A stretch of 49,766 nucleotides of DNA from positions 1 through 49,766 of the forward strand of contig DASYSN010000048.1 of NCBI GenBank assembly GCA_036003305.1. The letters run 5' to 3'. The translations under genes were made by a program, and so were the position numbers. Under the pieces are notes generated by a model. The model had not been told where the DNA came from and ran no database searches. It worked only from the letters and a program-made list of their open reading frames with translations. How positions within the stretch are numbered: the first letter of the stretch is position 1; each line of letters begins with the position of its first letter. This document shows positions 36,292-45,356 of the stretch, one piece after another. The stretch comes from Thermoanaerobaculia bacterium. Lineage in GTDB: Bacteria > Acidobacteriota > Thermoanaerobaculia > Gp7-AA8.

Positions 36292-37688
36292 TGCAGCCAG
36301 CCCCCCGTAAACCCGGCCCGCTTCAGCCCCGCCACGATGTGCGCATTCTTCCGCATCGTCTTCCAAACCAGCCCGCTGCGATAGTTCTCGATCATCGCGA
36401 CGATCGGTCCTTCGTCGATGCCGAGGTAGTCGACGTCGAACCATCCCATGGCGGGGTCGACGCGGCCGTGCTTGAGCTGGTCGGCCGTGCGGAGCGTCGG
36501 ATTGAAAGCGTCGAGGAAACCGTAGGTCGAGTAGAGATTGCTGCCGTAGCGGCGGCTCATTTCGCGGATCGCCGGGATCGAAATCTCCGGCGTGAACGCG
36601 ATCGACGACGCGGCGGCGGTCGGCGCGATCGTGCCGTCGTCGCGGATGTCGTTCTCCGTCGCGCCGCGCGCCGTGTACGAGTGGAACGTGCGCGCGCGGC
36701 CGTCGATCGTCACCGTCGCGTCCACCGGGCCGTCGCAGGCGGAGAGACCCCAGATGTTCTCGCCGTAGTCGCGCCACTGGCCGGGATTGTCGATGGCGTA
36801 CGCGTGCTGCGCGAGCGTGGCGCGCCGCGAGTTCTCGAAGTAATCCATTCCGTGTGCGCGCATTTGCGCGTCCTGGATGCCGCGGAAGTCGATCCAGATC
36901 TCCGAATACTGATGGCCGAACAGCGGCGCGAAGAGGATGTGGTTCTGGCCGTAGAACGTCCCCCAGCGATCGGTCTTGTGATACTCCGCCCACGCCGCCG
37001 GATCGACCGGGTGCGTCGGCGACCCGAGCGCGAGGACGATCACGATCATCGCCTCGTTGTAGCCGCGCCAGTCGTACGTGTGAAAGCCTTCTTCCGGCGT
37101 CCACCCCATGCTGATCGCGTTCGTGCGCACCTCTTCCCACGGCCAGTCGACGCGCGCATACAACTGTTCCGCCGCGTCCCGAATCGCCGCCTCGGTCGGA
37201 TTGTCGCGATCGAAATACGACTGCGAGAAGAGCGCGCCGGCGATGAGCAGCGACGTGTCGACCGTCGACAGCTCCACCGTCTCGAACCGCTCCGTCGTCT
37301 TCATGTCGAGGAAGTGGTAGAAGAAACCGTGGTATCCGGAGACGCCGCGCGGCGTGTCGCCCTGCTTCATCGCGAGAAGCGACCGCAGCGTCGAGAGCGT
37401 CCGCTGCGCCGCCTGCTCGCGCGTGACGTAACCGCGCTCCGCGCCGACGCCGTAAGCCGTCAGCCCGAATCCGACCGCGGCGATCGACGAGAACGAAGGC
37501 GTCGGCGCGCGGTCGGGGATCAGGAACGTGTTCGGATCGGCGAGGTCCCAGAAGTAATGAAAGCTGCGCCGTTCGACGTCATCGAGCAGCGGCTGATCGC
37601 TGCTCTGGACGGCGCGGTGGCGAGCGGGTGTCGCCGCACACGAAAGGATCGCGAAGGCGAGAGCGAACAGCCCGACGAAGCGGCGCAT
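36288..37688 (-). CDS. glucoamylase-family protein (PF10091-type; GH144-like endo-beta-1,2-glucanase candidate)
   Basis: MRRFVGLFALAFAILSCAA is a signal/lipobox. The blocks RRSFHYFWD, GYHGFFYHFLDM...ELSTVDTSLLIAGALF and NIWGLSACDGP match my memory of the glucoamylase-family/GH144 fold. The track ORF start at 37859 was trimmed. Confidence 0.65.
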   Translation of the reverse strand: MRRFVGLFALAFAILSCAATPARHRAVQSSDQPLLDDVERRSFHYFWDLADPNTFLIPDRAPTPSFSSIAAVGFGLTAYGVGAERGYVTREQAAQRTLSTLRSLLAMKQGDTPRGVSGYHGFFYHFLDMKTTERFETVELSTVDTSLLIAGALFSQSYFDRDNPTEAAIRDAAEQLYARVDWPWEEVRTNAISMGWTPEEGFHTYDWRGYNEAMIVIVLALGSPTHPVDPAAWAEYHKTDRWGTFYGQNHILFAPLFGHQYSEIWIDFRGIQDAQMRAHGMDYFENSRRATLAQHAYAIDNPGQWRDYGENIWGLSACDGPVDATVTIDGRARTFHSYTARGATENDIRDDGTIAPTAAASSIAFTPEISIPAIREMSRRYGSNLYSTYGFLDAFNPTLRTADQLKHGRVDPAMGWFDVDYLGIDEGPIVAMIENYRSGLVWKTMRKNAHIVAGLKRAGFTGGWLQ

Positions 37689-37732
37689 GAGGATTTGGGG
37701 CCGGCGTAACGCCGGCCCCTGAAGACCTCTTG

Positions 37733-40567
37733 CTAGAACTTCACTCGGAAGCCCAACTGCTCGCGGCGCCCGATACTCACTACGCATCCGGGAATGCCGA
37801 GAGTGGCAGGATCGCCGCCCGGTCCGATGAAATTGCTCAGGCAGCCGTAATTCGCCCAATTGAATGCGTTGAGAACGTCGAGGACGACACCGGCGCTGGT
37901 CTTACCGAACGTGGGGAAGTCTTTCTCCAGCCGGAAGTCGACATTCCGATATCCAAATCCGCCGCTCTTCGGCGGATAGACGGCGCTGTTGATGACGCCT
38001 GTCTTCAGATGACCGGCCAGATCGAATCCCTGCGTCAGATCGAAGACCGGAGTGGCCGGCCCCGTCCCCAGCGTCACCGTGGTGCTGAAACGCGTCTCCC
38101 ACGGAAGACCGACCATACCGGTACCGACGAAATGGTTCGGTTCCGAGCCCGCGACCGGATGACGCGCGTACAGCGCGGCGGTAGGCAGATCGAGCGCGAA
38201 GAGATCATTCCCGTTCTGGAGCGCTTTCGCGTGTGTGTACGCGATGTGCGCCCCCCAGTGGCCGGTGAACGGACGATCGAGGCTCACCTGTTCGGCGTTG
38301 TACCAGGTGCTCTTTCCGATCGGGTCCGAAATGATCACGTTGCCGAAGCCCGGCACGAACGCCTGACAGCACGTGCCGCTGGCCGACACCCAATCGAACT
38401 GGCGCTTGCTGCGGACGACGTCGTAACTCACCGAACCGGTCCAGCTGCCCATGACCTGGCGGAAGCCTACATTCCACTGATCCGAGTAGGGCGGCTTGGT
38501 GTTCTTGTTCACGAGATAAATCTCCGGATGCACCGCGCCCGACTGGATCAACTGGTTGAGATTCGCAATCTGGAGGTATTTCGGATCGAAAGGGATCTGA
38601 TCGCCGGTCGGCGTGTGGCCCGGAGCGGCGAAGTTGATCGTGTATGACGGGAACTGCAGACGGAAACGTTCCTCGAGCGCGATGTTCAACCCGATACGAT
38701 CGTAGTAGCGGCCGGCGCCTCCATAGACGACTGACTTGCCGTCGGTCCGGAGGTCGTAAGAAAAACCGAGCCGCGGCTGAAACTCGCCTTTGTACGAGGT
38801 CCGGTTACTGCCATTCGAGAAATAGTCGGTCGAGGTACCGGCCGGCGGCGTGAACTTGCCGGTGAGCCCCGCCACGATGTTGGGCGGCGTCACATAACTC
38901 TCGTCGAGCATGTGGCTTTCATAGTCCCAACGGAGGCCGAGCGACAGATTGAGGTGCTGATTGACCGTCCACTTGTCCTCGCCGTAGAAGCCGTTCTCCC
39001 GGTTACTCGTCGAGAACAGCGGATTGCCGAATCCGTACGACACCTGGAACGGCGAGTTGAAGTCATACCCGTTCGCCGGATCGATCCGATAGCGGAAGAT
39101 CGGATCTCCGTTCAGGCTCTTGTTCACGTGGTACTTCATGAAATCGATGTTTCCGCCGACCTGGAAGTTGTGCGTCCCCGACATGTCCCACGGCGCGAAG
39201 TTGTAGTCGTCCCGGAGCTCGAACCGGCGCTGATCGAACTGCTGGGTCGTGTCCCTGCTGCCGATGCGCAACGCCCCCTGGAAGTCCTGGCCGATGATGC
39301 CGGGGGTCAGGGCGGCCGGATTCCAGCTATAGCGCTGCCAGGAGATCGCCGCCTGGTTCAATGCGCTGCTGTTGTTCCAGGAATGCCGCCCTGTGACGTC
39401 GTACACCGTATTGCGAACGCTCGACGCCGACTGGTCCGAGGTCTGGCCGCCGAAATCGCGGATTTCATTCTCTTTGCGGTAGGTTCCGCTGACGTCCACC
39501 AACTGATTCTTGAGCGGCTCCCAGCTCAACTTTCCGAAGCCGAGGTTCTCGCGGAAGGGGCTGGGGAAACTGCCGGTGAAGTTCGCGAACTGGCTCGCAA
39601 ACGCGGGATTTCCCACGGCAACGGGCGTCGTCGCGTGCTCCTGGTCTCCCTCATAGGAGAGGAAGAAATGAAGCTTGTCCTTGATGATCGGACCGCCGAT
39701 ACTGATTCCGGGCTGATAACGCTTGTAGGAATCGTTCGCCGTGGCCGTGAAGTACTGGAAGTTCTTCTGGTTCGGAGCGACCCATTGTCTCGGCTGATAG
39801 AAGACGAAGGCCTGTCCCTCGAGATTGTTGCCGCCGGTCTTCGTGACCGCCGTGATGATCGCGCTCGAGGCGTGGTCGTACGCGGCGCTGTAGTTCTGCG
39901 TAATGACTCGGAACTCCTGCACGGCGTTCTGAGGGAAGGGATTTCCGCGGCTCGAGTTCTGCCCGGCTATTCCACCGTCCAGCATGTCGTTCTTGAAGCT
40001 CACGCCGTCGATGAATACGTTCGTCTGGTTCGAATCCTGGGCATCGCCCGAGAATGACTTGCTGTACGGATCGGCCGAAAAACGGACGCCGGGCGCCATC
40101 TCGGCGAAATGGAGGAAATTGCGGTCGTCCTGCGGCAGCCCCTCGATCTGCTCCGGAGTGACGTTGGTCGCATTCTCGTGCGTCTTCGTCTCGACCACCT
40201 GATTTCCGACGACCGTGATCGACTCATTGACGACCGCGGTCGGCGACAGAAGAAAATTCGACTCGATGTTCTGGCCGACGAGAACACGCAGCGTCTGCGA
40301 CCTCGCCTCGTACGCCGGCGCCGCCACGACGATGTTGTATTCGCCCGCGGGAAGCGATACCTGGAACGAGCCGTCCCCCCGGGAGTTGACGGTCTTCACG
40401 AACCCGGTCGCCGTGTTCACCGCGCTGATCTCGGCATTCGCGACGGCGCTCCCGTGTTCGTTCAAGACCTTTCCATGCAAGGTCGCCGTCGTCGACTGCG
40501 CGAACGCAGCCGTGGCGACCAACCCGGCCAGCAAAGCGATACACAACAGTTGAACCGTTCTCCTCAT
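37733..40567 (-). CDS. TonB-dependent receptor with N-terminal carboxypeptidase-regulatory-like domain
   Basis: 944 aa with a signal peptide. It has a CarboxypepD_reg-like segment (LHGKVLNEHGSAVANAEISAVNTATGF...GEYNIVV) and a plug region (ITVVG...VTPEQIEGLP). A long beta-barrel ends with the aromatic terminus ...GFRVKF. Confidence 0.9.
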   Translation of the reverse strand: MRRTVQLLCIALLAGLVATAAFAQSTTATLHGKVLNEHGSAVANAEISAVNTATGFVKTVNSRGDGSFQVSLPAGEYNIVVAAPAYEARSQTLRVLVGQNIESNFLLSPTAVVNESITVVGNQVVETKTHENATNVTPEQIEGLPQDDRNFLHFAEMAPGVRFSADPYSKSFSGDAQDSNQTNVFIDGVSFKNDMLDGGIAGQNSSRGNPFPQNAVQEFRVITQNYSAAYDHASSAIITAVTKTGGNNLEGQAFVFYQPRQWVAPNQKNFQYFTATANDSYKRYQPGISIGGPIIKDKLHFFLSYEGDQEHATTPVAVGNPAFASQFANFTGSFPSPFRENLGFGKLSWEPLKNQLVDVSGTYRKENEIRDFGGQTSDQSASSVRNTVYDVTGRHSWNNSSALNQAAISWQRYSWNPAALTPGIIGQDFQGALRIGSRDTTQQFDQRRFELRDDYNFAPWDMSGTHNFQVGGNIDFMKYHVNKSLNGDPIFRYRIDPANGYDFNSPFQVSYGFGNPLFSTSNRENGFYGEDKWTVNQHLNLSLGLRWDYESHMLDESYVTPPNIVAGLTGKFTPPAGTSTDYFSNGSNRTSYKGEFQPRLGFSYDLRTDGKSVVYGGAGRYYDRIGLNIALEERFRLQFPSYTINFAAPGHTPTGDQIPFDPKYLQIANLNQLIQSGAVHPEIYLVNKNTKPPYSDQWNVGFRQVMGSWTGSVSYDVVRSKRQFDWVSASGTCCQAFVPGFGNVIISDPIGKSTWYNAEQVSLDRPFTGHWGAHIAYTHAKALQNGNDLFALDLPTAALYARHPVAGSEPNHFVGTGMVGLPWETRFSTTVTLGTGPATPVFDLTQGFDLAGHLKTGVINSAVYPPKSGGFGYRNVDFRLEKDFPTFGKTSAGVVLDVLNAFNWANYGCLSNFIGPGGDPATLGIPGCVVSIGRREQLGFRVKF

Positions 40568-41646
40568 GAGCCCTCTCCTTTTTTGCGGCCACGCGTCTTA
40601 TAAGTCCCGGAATTCGAAACTGCACACGACTTGCGCACGACGAGCGTCGTGCCGATGCATTCTTCACGTCTGGTGCTGCTCCCCTTCTCCATCGCCTCGG
40701 CGAGCACCGCGAACGCGCGGCGGCCGAGCTCGGCGATGTCGACGCCGATCGTCGTCAGCGGCGGGTTGACGTAGTGCGCGATCGGGATGTCGTCGAAACC
40801 CGCCAGCGACATCTCGCGCGGCACCTCGATGCCCGATTCGGCAAACGCCGCCAGTGCGCCGACCGCCATCGAGTCGTTCGCCGCGAAGATCGCCGTCGGC
40901 CGCGGACTGAGCGCCACGATCGGCTTCACCGCGTCGTAGCCGGCGCGCTCCGTGAAATCGCCGTCGAACTCCAGCTCCCGCGACCCTCCGCCCAACGCGC
41001 GCATCACCTGCCGGTACCCGCGCAGGCGCTCCCGCGCGTCCGCGTTCTGCTCCGGCCCCTTGATGAACGCGATCCGCTTGTGCCCCAGCGACGCGAGGTG
41101 CTTCATCATCGTCCGCGCGCCGCCGTAGTTGTCGATCGTGATCGTCGGGTGCCGCTCGTCGTCCGAGTTGAGCAGCACCATCGGCAGCTTGTGCGCGAGC
41201 TGCTCGCGATACGTCGTGAGCGTCAGGTCCGGCGCCATCACTACCAGGCCGTCGACCCGTCCGCGCATCGCGTCCAGCATGTCGATCATCTCGTTCGCGT
41301 CGCTGTGCGAGCCCGAGACGAGGATGTGATACCCCGCCGCGCGCGACGCGAGATCGATCCCGCGGATGACTTCCGAGAAGAACTCTCCATGCACCTCGGG
41401 GAGCACGATTCCGATCGTCTGCGACCGCCGGATGCTGAGCGTTCGCGCCGCGACGTTCGGGACGTAGCGCAGGCTTTTTGCAACCTCCAGCACCTGCCGC
41501 GACGTCTCTTCGCGCACCAGCTCTTTCCCGTTCAACACGCGCGAGACGGTCGCGACGGAGACGCCCGCGCGGGCGGCCACGTCGTGAATGGTCACGGCGC
41601 CGCCGCGGCGGCGCCGGTATCGGAGCGGTTCGTGCTGTCTCGCCAT
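40564..41646 (-). CDS. LacI family transcriptional regulator
   Basis: The HTH is VTIHDVAARAGVSVATVSRVLNG, followed by a periplasmic-binding-like sugar sensor domain. Its stop overlaps the TonB-dependent receptor start (ATGA). Confidence 0.9.
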   Translation of the reverse strand: MARQHEPLRYRRRRGGAVTIHDVAARAGVSVATVSRVLNGKELVREETSRQVLEVAKSLRYVPNVAARTLSIRRSQTIGIVLPEVHGEFFSEVIRGIDLASRAAGYHILVSGSHSDANEMIDMLDAMRGRVDGLVVMAPDLTLTTYREQLAHKLPMVLLNSDDERHPTITIDNYGGARTMMKHLASLGHKRIAFIKGPEQNADARERLRGYRQVMRALGGGSRELEFDGDFTERAGYDAVKPIVALSPRPTAIFAANDSMAVGALAAFAESGIEVPREMSLAGFDDIPIAHYVNPPLTTIGVDIAELGRRAFAVLAEAMEKGSSTRREECIGTTLVVRKSCAVSNSGTYKTRGRKKGEGS

Positions 41647-41670
41647 CAAAGTCGGCTATTGCCTACCCCG

Positions 41671-41688
41671 AATGTAACCGTTTACATT
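41671..41688. promoter_or_regulatory. LacI-type palindromic operator
   Basis: AATGTAACCGTTTACATT has the core TGTAAcCGtTTACA, with CG at the centre as in LacI/PurR/CcpA-type operators. It lies 25 nt upstream of the lacI-family ATG, in the region divergent to the GH1 gene. Confidence 0.6.
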
Positions 41689-41734
41689 TTGCGGTACGCT
41701 ACGCCCAACAAAGCCCCCTGTCAACAATGCAGAC

Positions 41735-41799
41735 GGGAGTTGGGAGCGGGGAGCAGGGAGGTCGAAGGTTTTCCTCCCAGCTCCCCGCTCCCAACTCCC
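41735..41799 (+). other. very long GC-rich hairpin in the GH1 leader
   Basis: GGGAGTTGGGAGCGGGGAGCAGGGAGG (41735-41761) pairs with CCTCCCAGCTCCCCGCTCCCAACTCCC (41773-41799). That is 27 bp with one mismatch and an 11-nt loop, ending 14 nt before the GH1 ATG. Confidence 0.7.
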
Positions 41800-41813
41800 C
41801 GCTCGGAGTCTCG

Positions 41814-43145
41814 ATGACTAACTTTCATTTTCCCAACGGCTTTCTCTGGGGCGCCGCCACCGCGGCCTACCAGGTCGAAGGCTCGCCGCTCGCCGACGGC
41901 GCGGGGCCGAGCATCTGGCACCGCTTCAGTCACACCCCCGGCCGAATGGTGAACGGCGACACCGGCGACGTCGCCTGCGATCACTACCACCGCTACACCG
42001 AGGACGTCTCACTCATGCGCGAGCTCGGCCTCGGCGCGTACCGCTTCAGCATCTCCTGGAGCCGCGTGCTTCCGGACGGCACCGGCCGCGTGAACGAGGC
42101 CGGACTCGACTTCTACAAGCGTCTCGTCGACGAGTTGCAGAAGGCCGGCATCCGTCCGATGGCGACCCTCTATCACTGGGACCTACCCGCGGCGCTCGAT
42201 GACCGCGGCGGCTGGCTCAATCGCGACGTCGCCGACTGGTTTGCCGAGTACGCGAACGTCGTCTTCACCGCGCTCGACGATCGCGTCGAGCTCTGGGCCA
42301 CGCTCAACGAGCCGTGGGTCGTCGTCGACGGCGGATACCTCCACGGCGCGCTCGCGCCGGGACACCGCAACCTGTTCGAGGCGCCGATCGCGTCGCACAA
42401 CCTCCTCCGCGCGCACGGCCGCGCCGTTCAGGCGTATCGCGCCGCCGGAAAACATCAGATCGGAATCGTCGTCAACCTCGAGCCGAAGTACCCCGCGTCG
42501 GAAGGCGCCGAGGACAAGGCGGCGAACGAACGCGCCGACGCGTACATGAACCGCCACTACCTCGATCCGATCTTCCTCCGCTCCTACCCGCAGGAGTTCC
42601 CCGAGATGTTCGGCGAAGCGTGGCCGGACTTTCCCGCGAGCGACTTCGAGACCATCGCGCAGCCGCTCGACTTCGTCGGAGTCAATTACTACAAGCGCGC
42701 TGTCACGCAGTTCGATCCGTCGGTCGTCATCGAGCGCGCGAAGCGCCTCGAGCCGCAGCCGGCGATCTACACCGAGGTCGGCTGGGAGGTCTTCCCGCAA
42801 GGCCTCACCGACATCCTCACCTGGTTCCGCGACCGCTACGGCGCCATGCCGCTCTACATCACCGAAAACGGCGCCGCGTTCTACGACCCACCCACCGCGA
42901 TCACCGACCCCGTCGAAGACCCGCTCCGCGTCTTCTATCTCCGCGAGCACCTCGCCGCGCTCTCCCGCGCGATCGAACAAGGTGTCGACATCCGCGGCTA
43001 CTTCGTCTGGTCGCTCCTCGACAATCTCGAATGGTCACTCGGCTACACCAAACGCTTCGGCATCATCCACGTCGACTTCGCCACGCAGAAGCGAACGTTC
43101 AAGCGCAGCGCACTCGTCTATCGCGACGTCATCCGCAACGTGTAG
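41814..43145 (+). CDS. GH1 beta-glucosidase
   Basis: The protein starts MTNFHFPNGFLWGAATAAYQVEGS. It has the acid/base motif TLNEPW and the nucleophile motif YITENGAA. GGAG precedes the ATG at 41814, and the track ORF start at 41478 was trimmed. Confidence 0.93.
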   Translation: MTNFHFPNGFLWGAATAAYQVEGSPLADGAGPSIWHRFSHTPGRMVNGDTGDVACDHYHRYTEDVSLMRELGLGAYRFSISWSRVLPDGTGRVNEAGLDFYKRLVDELQKAGIRPMATLYHWDLPAALDDRGGWLNRDVADWFAEYANVVFTALDDRVELWATLNEPWVVVDGGYLHGALAPGHRNLFEAPIASHNLLRAHGRAVQAYRAAGKHQIGIVVNLEPKYPASEGAEDKAANERADAYMNRHYLDPIFLRSYPQEFPEMFGEAWPDFPASDFETIAQPLDFVGVNYYKRAVTQFDPSVVIERAKRLEPQPAIYTEVGWEVFPQGLTDILTWFRDRYGAMPLYITENGAAFYDPPTAITDPVEDPLRVFYLREHLAALSRAIEQGVDIRGYFVWSLLDNLEWSLGYTKRFGIIHVDFATQKRTFKRSALVYRDVIRNV

Positions 43146-43163
43146 CGCCGCCGGCTCGTGTGT

Positions 43164-43952
43164 ATGAGAAGAATCCGCCGGATCGTCGACACGCACGTCC
43201 ATCCCGGAATGAATCCGCAACACCGCGTGCGGCTCGTCCTCGAGCCAGGGCATTGGGCGGAGTTCGATCCGTTTCTGATGCTCGCCGAGGATTGGTTCGT
43301 GCCAGGGACGTTCGGCGATCATCCGCACCGCGGATTCGAGACCGTGACGTTCGTCCTCGAAGGCGAGATCGAGCACCGCGACAACCACGGCGGTCACGGC
43401 GTCCTCCATCCCGGCGATGCGCAGTGGATGACCGCCGGCCGTGGCGTCGTCCAAACCGAGGAGGCGGGCACTAACGGCGCGCACTCGCTGCAGCTCTGGC
43501 TCAACCTCCCGCGCTCCCTGAAGATGACCGAGTCGCGTTACCAGGACCTTCGCGGCGCGCAGATGCCGGTGATCAGCAAGGACGGCGCAGACCTCCGCAT
43601 CTTCTCCGGCCCCGTCCACGGCATCACCGGCCCCGCACTCAACCACGTGCCCGTCACGATGGTCGAGATCCGCCTCGCCGCCGGCGCCACCGCCTCCATC
43701 GAGCTCCCGCCGTCCTACAACGCCTTCGCCTACATCATCTCCGGCGCAACCGATGCCGCCGCCGAGACGCAGGTCATCTGGTTCGAGCGCGAAGAAGGCG
43801 ACGCCACCCTCACCGCCCGCACCCCCACCCACGCCATCCTCTTCGCCGGCGAACCCGTCAACGAGCCGGTCGTCCAGCGTGGGCCATTCGTCATGAACAC
43901 GATGAGTGAGATCGTTCAGACGTATGCGGATTACGAGGCTGGCAGGTTCTAG
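43164..43952 (+). CDS. pirin family protein
   Basis: The bicupin motif is HPHRGFETVTFVLEGEIEHRDNHG, with MTAGRGVVQTEE also present. The start could be the GTG at 43158 or the ATG at 43164. Confidence 0.85.
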   Translation: MRRIRRIVDTHVHPGMNPQHRVRLVLEPGHWAEFDPFLMLAEDWFVPGTFGDHPHRGFETVTFVLEGEIEHRDNHGGHGVLHPGDAQWMTAGRGVVQTEEAGTNGAHSLQLWLNLPRSLKMTESRYQDLRGAQMPVISKDGADLRIFSGPVHGITGPALNHVPVTMVEIRLAAGATASIELPPSYNAFAYIISGATDAAAETQVIWFEREEGDATLTARTPTHAILFAGEPVNEPVVQRGPFVMNTMSEIVQTYADYEAGRF

Positions 43953-44102
43953 GAGAACTGAGTACAGGCCCGAAGAAAATCACCGTTGGCTGAGTCATTC
44001 GAACCTGACCTCGGCGAACGAGCGTGAGCGAGGCCGTGGTCGCCGAAACCAAAAGACCGAGCACGGAAAGGGTGGTACTTAGAGTTTCAGGCATTCGGTC
44101 CG

Positions 44103-44927
44103 CTACGACTCCTCAACCCTCTTGGGGGCGTCCGGAACGGCAATCAAAGAGCGAGGCGCCAGGGTCGCGGCTTCCTCATCCTCCTTGCGAATGCGGAGCA
44201 TCTTGTTCGCTGATTTGGTCACTTTCTTGTGTGCCGCATCAGCCTTTTCACCTTCAATGACCTCGCGCTTGATGACCTCTTCTCTGAGGAGCGTCCTAAG
44301 CTCCTCGATGTCGATCTTCACGTCGGACACACGCCGCAGCTCGCGGCGAATCGTGTCCAGCACGGGTTCACTCAGAACGACGGCGGCCAGGTAGAACTTG
44401 TTCGTAGCCTGAATGTGATCGTGGTAGGCGTACAGGCCTGACTTCATCATGCTCTCGCGGGTCAGCAGATAAAGGCTCTCGAGATGCGCGGAAGTCTTGT
44501 GGTTCAGCGTGAGAAAGTCGAACTCGAGAACAAGTTCTGTTTCGATCGGTTTCGTAAAGATTACTCGGAAAACTTTCCAGATGACGCCATTCGTCAGAGC
44601 TACCCACTCGACGCCCTGATTCGCCGCGTAGTCGACGGCCTGTTTCGCGTGTGCATCGCGGAGGTCGAGACCGATGGCCTTGACCTCAATGAGCATCTGG
44701 AACTTCCCGTCGATTCGGGTCGCGAGGTCGCAGTGTGTCCCCCGGATGGTTAGCTCACGAGTGACTTCGCTGTACTTGTCATAGCCGAAGATCTCAGCGA
44801 GAACATCCGTAATGATCATGGAGGTATCGGACTCGTTCACATCGCGTGACTTCGCTGAAGCGAAGATTGGCTGAAAGCGCTTCAAGCCAGCAGACAAGCG
44901 CTCCGCAACGCGGCTCGGGATTCCCAT
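44103..44927 (-). CDS. PD-(D/E)XK nuclease-fold protein resembling the type I restriction HsdR N-terminal domain, with a C-terminal helical region
   Basis: GGAGA precedes the ATG. The core reads ...ESDTSMIITDVLAEIFGYD...THCDLATRIDGKFQMLIEVKAIG, giving D67 ... E81-x-K83. The C-terminal ~120 aa are charged and helical. Its G+C is visibly lower than that of the flanks. Confidence 0.6.
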   Translation of the reverse strand: MGIPSRVAERLSAGLKRFQPIFASAKSRDVNESDTSMIITDVLAEIFGYDKYSEVTRELTIRGTHCDLATRIDGKFQMLIEVKAIGLDLRDAHAKQAVDYAANQGVEWVALTNGVIWKVFRVIFTKPIETELVLEFDFLTLNHKTSAHLESLYLLTRESMMKSGLYAYHDHIQATNKFYLAAVVLSEPVLDTIRRELRRVSDVKIDIEELRTLLREEVIKREVIEGEKADAAHKKVTKSANKMLRIRKEDEEAATLAPRSLIAVPDAPKRVEES

Positions 44928-45025
44928 GGGTTGTCTCCTTTTTTATTGCAGTCTAACTGAAGGACAACTTTCGGAAAAGACAGGTGGATCGCATGGCTTG
45001 CGACACGTCTCGTTCACGGCGACTG

Positions 45026-45304
45026 TTATTGCCGAATATCATTCAACCAATCGCGGACGGCATCTGCGAACCCTGGAAGGTTCTGATCGATGACCACGAC
45101 GTCCCGTACGGACAGGAGATTCAGCAACTCGCTTTCGACGTAGTCGGCGACCGTCAACCGTTCATCTGCAGGAGCGTCTTCGTTCGCCTCCGCTACCCGC
45201 AGCTCGAGGGCACAGATTAGAAACTCGGGCAACTCGACTTCGATCGTCCGTCGCGAATGGAGGTCGCGCGCGAATGAAGGCCGGAGAAGTTCTGAACGAG
45301 GCAT
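45026..45304 (-). CDS. small acidic hypothetical protein (92 aa)
   Basis: The ORF has its ATG at 45304 (MPRSELLRPSF...) and is co-oriented with the PD-(D/E)XK gene 98 nt downstream. I recognise no family. The coding call rests on ORF length and context only. Confidence 0.4.
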   Translation of the reverse strand: MPRSELLRPSFARDLHSRRTIEVELPEFLICALELRVAEANEDAPADERLTVADYVESELLNLLSVRDVVVIDQNLPGFADAVRDWLNDIRQ

Positions 45305-45348
45305 AGTAACAACCGTTACTGGACAAATATGAAGTAACAATAGTTACT
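45305..45348. promoter_or_regulatory. twin 16-bp palindromic operators in the 52-bp divergent control region
   Basis: AGTAAC-AACC-GTTACT (45305-45320) and AGTAAC-AATA-GTTACT (45333-45348) have identical perfect half-sites, 28 bp centre to centre. They lie directly between the small ORF ATG (45304) and the XRE GTG (45357). Confidence 0.6.
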
Positions 45349-45356
45349 ACGCAAGC

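Noticed and set aside
43990-44015. tRNA fragment or att site at the islet boundary (minus strand GGTTCGAAT T-loop-like motif)
   Set aside because: The flanking bases do not form a T-stem or acceptor stem, and no integrase is nearby. A single 9-mer match is insufficient.
43891-44094. 67-aa minus-strand ORF downstream of the PD-(D/E)XK gene
   Set aside because: It overlaps the last ~60 nt of the pirin gene and has no RBS and no recognisable features.
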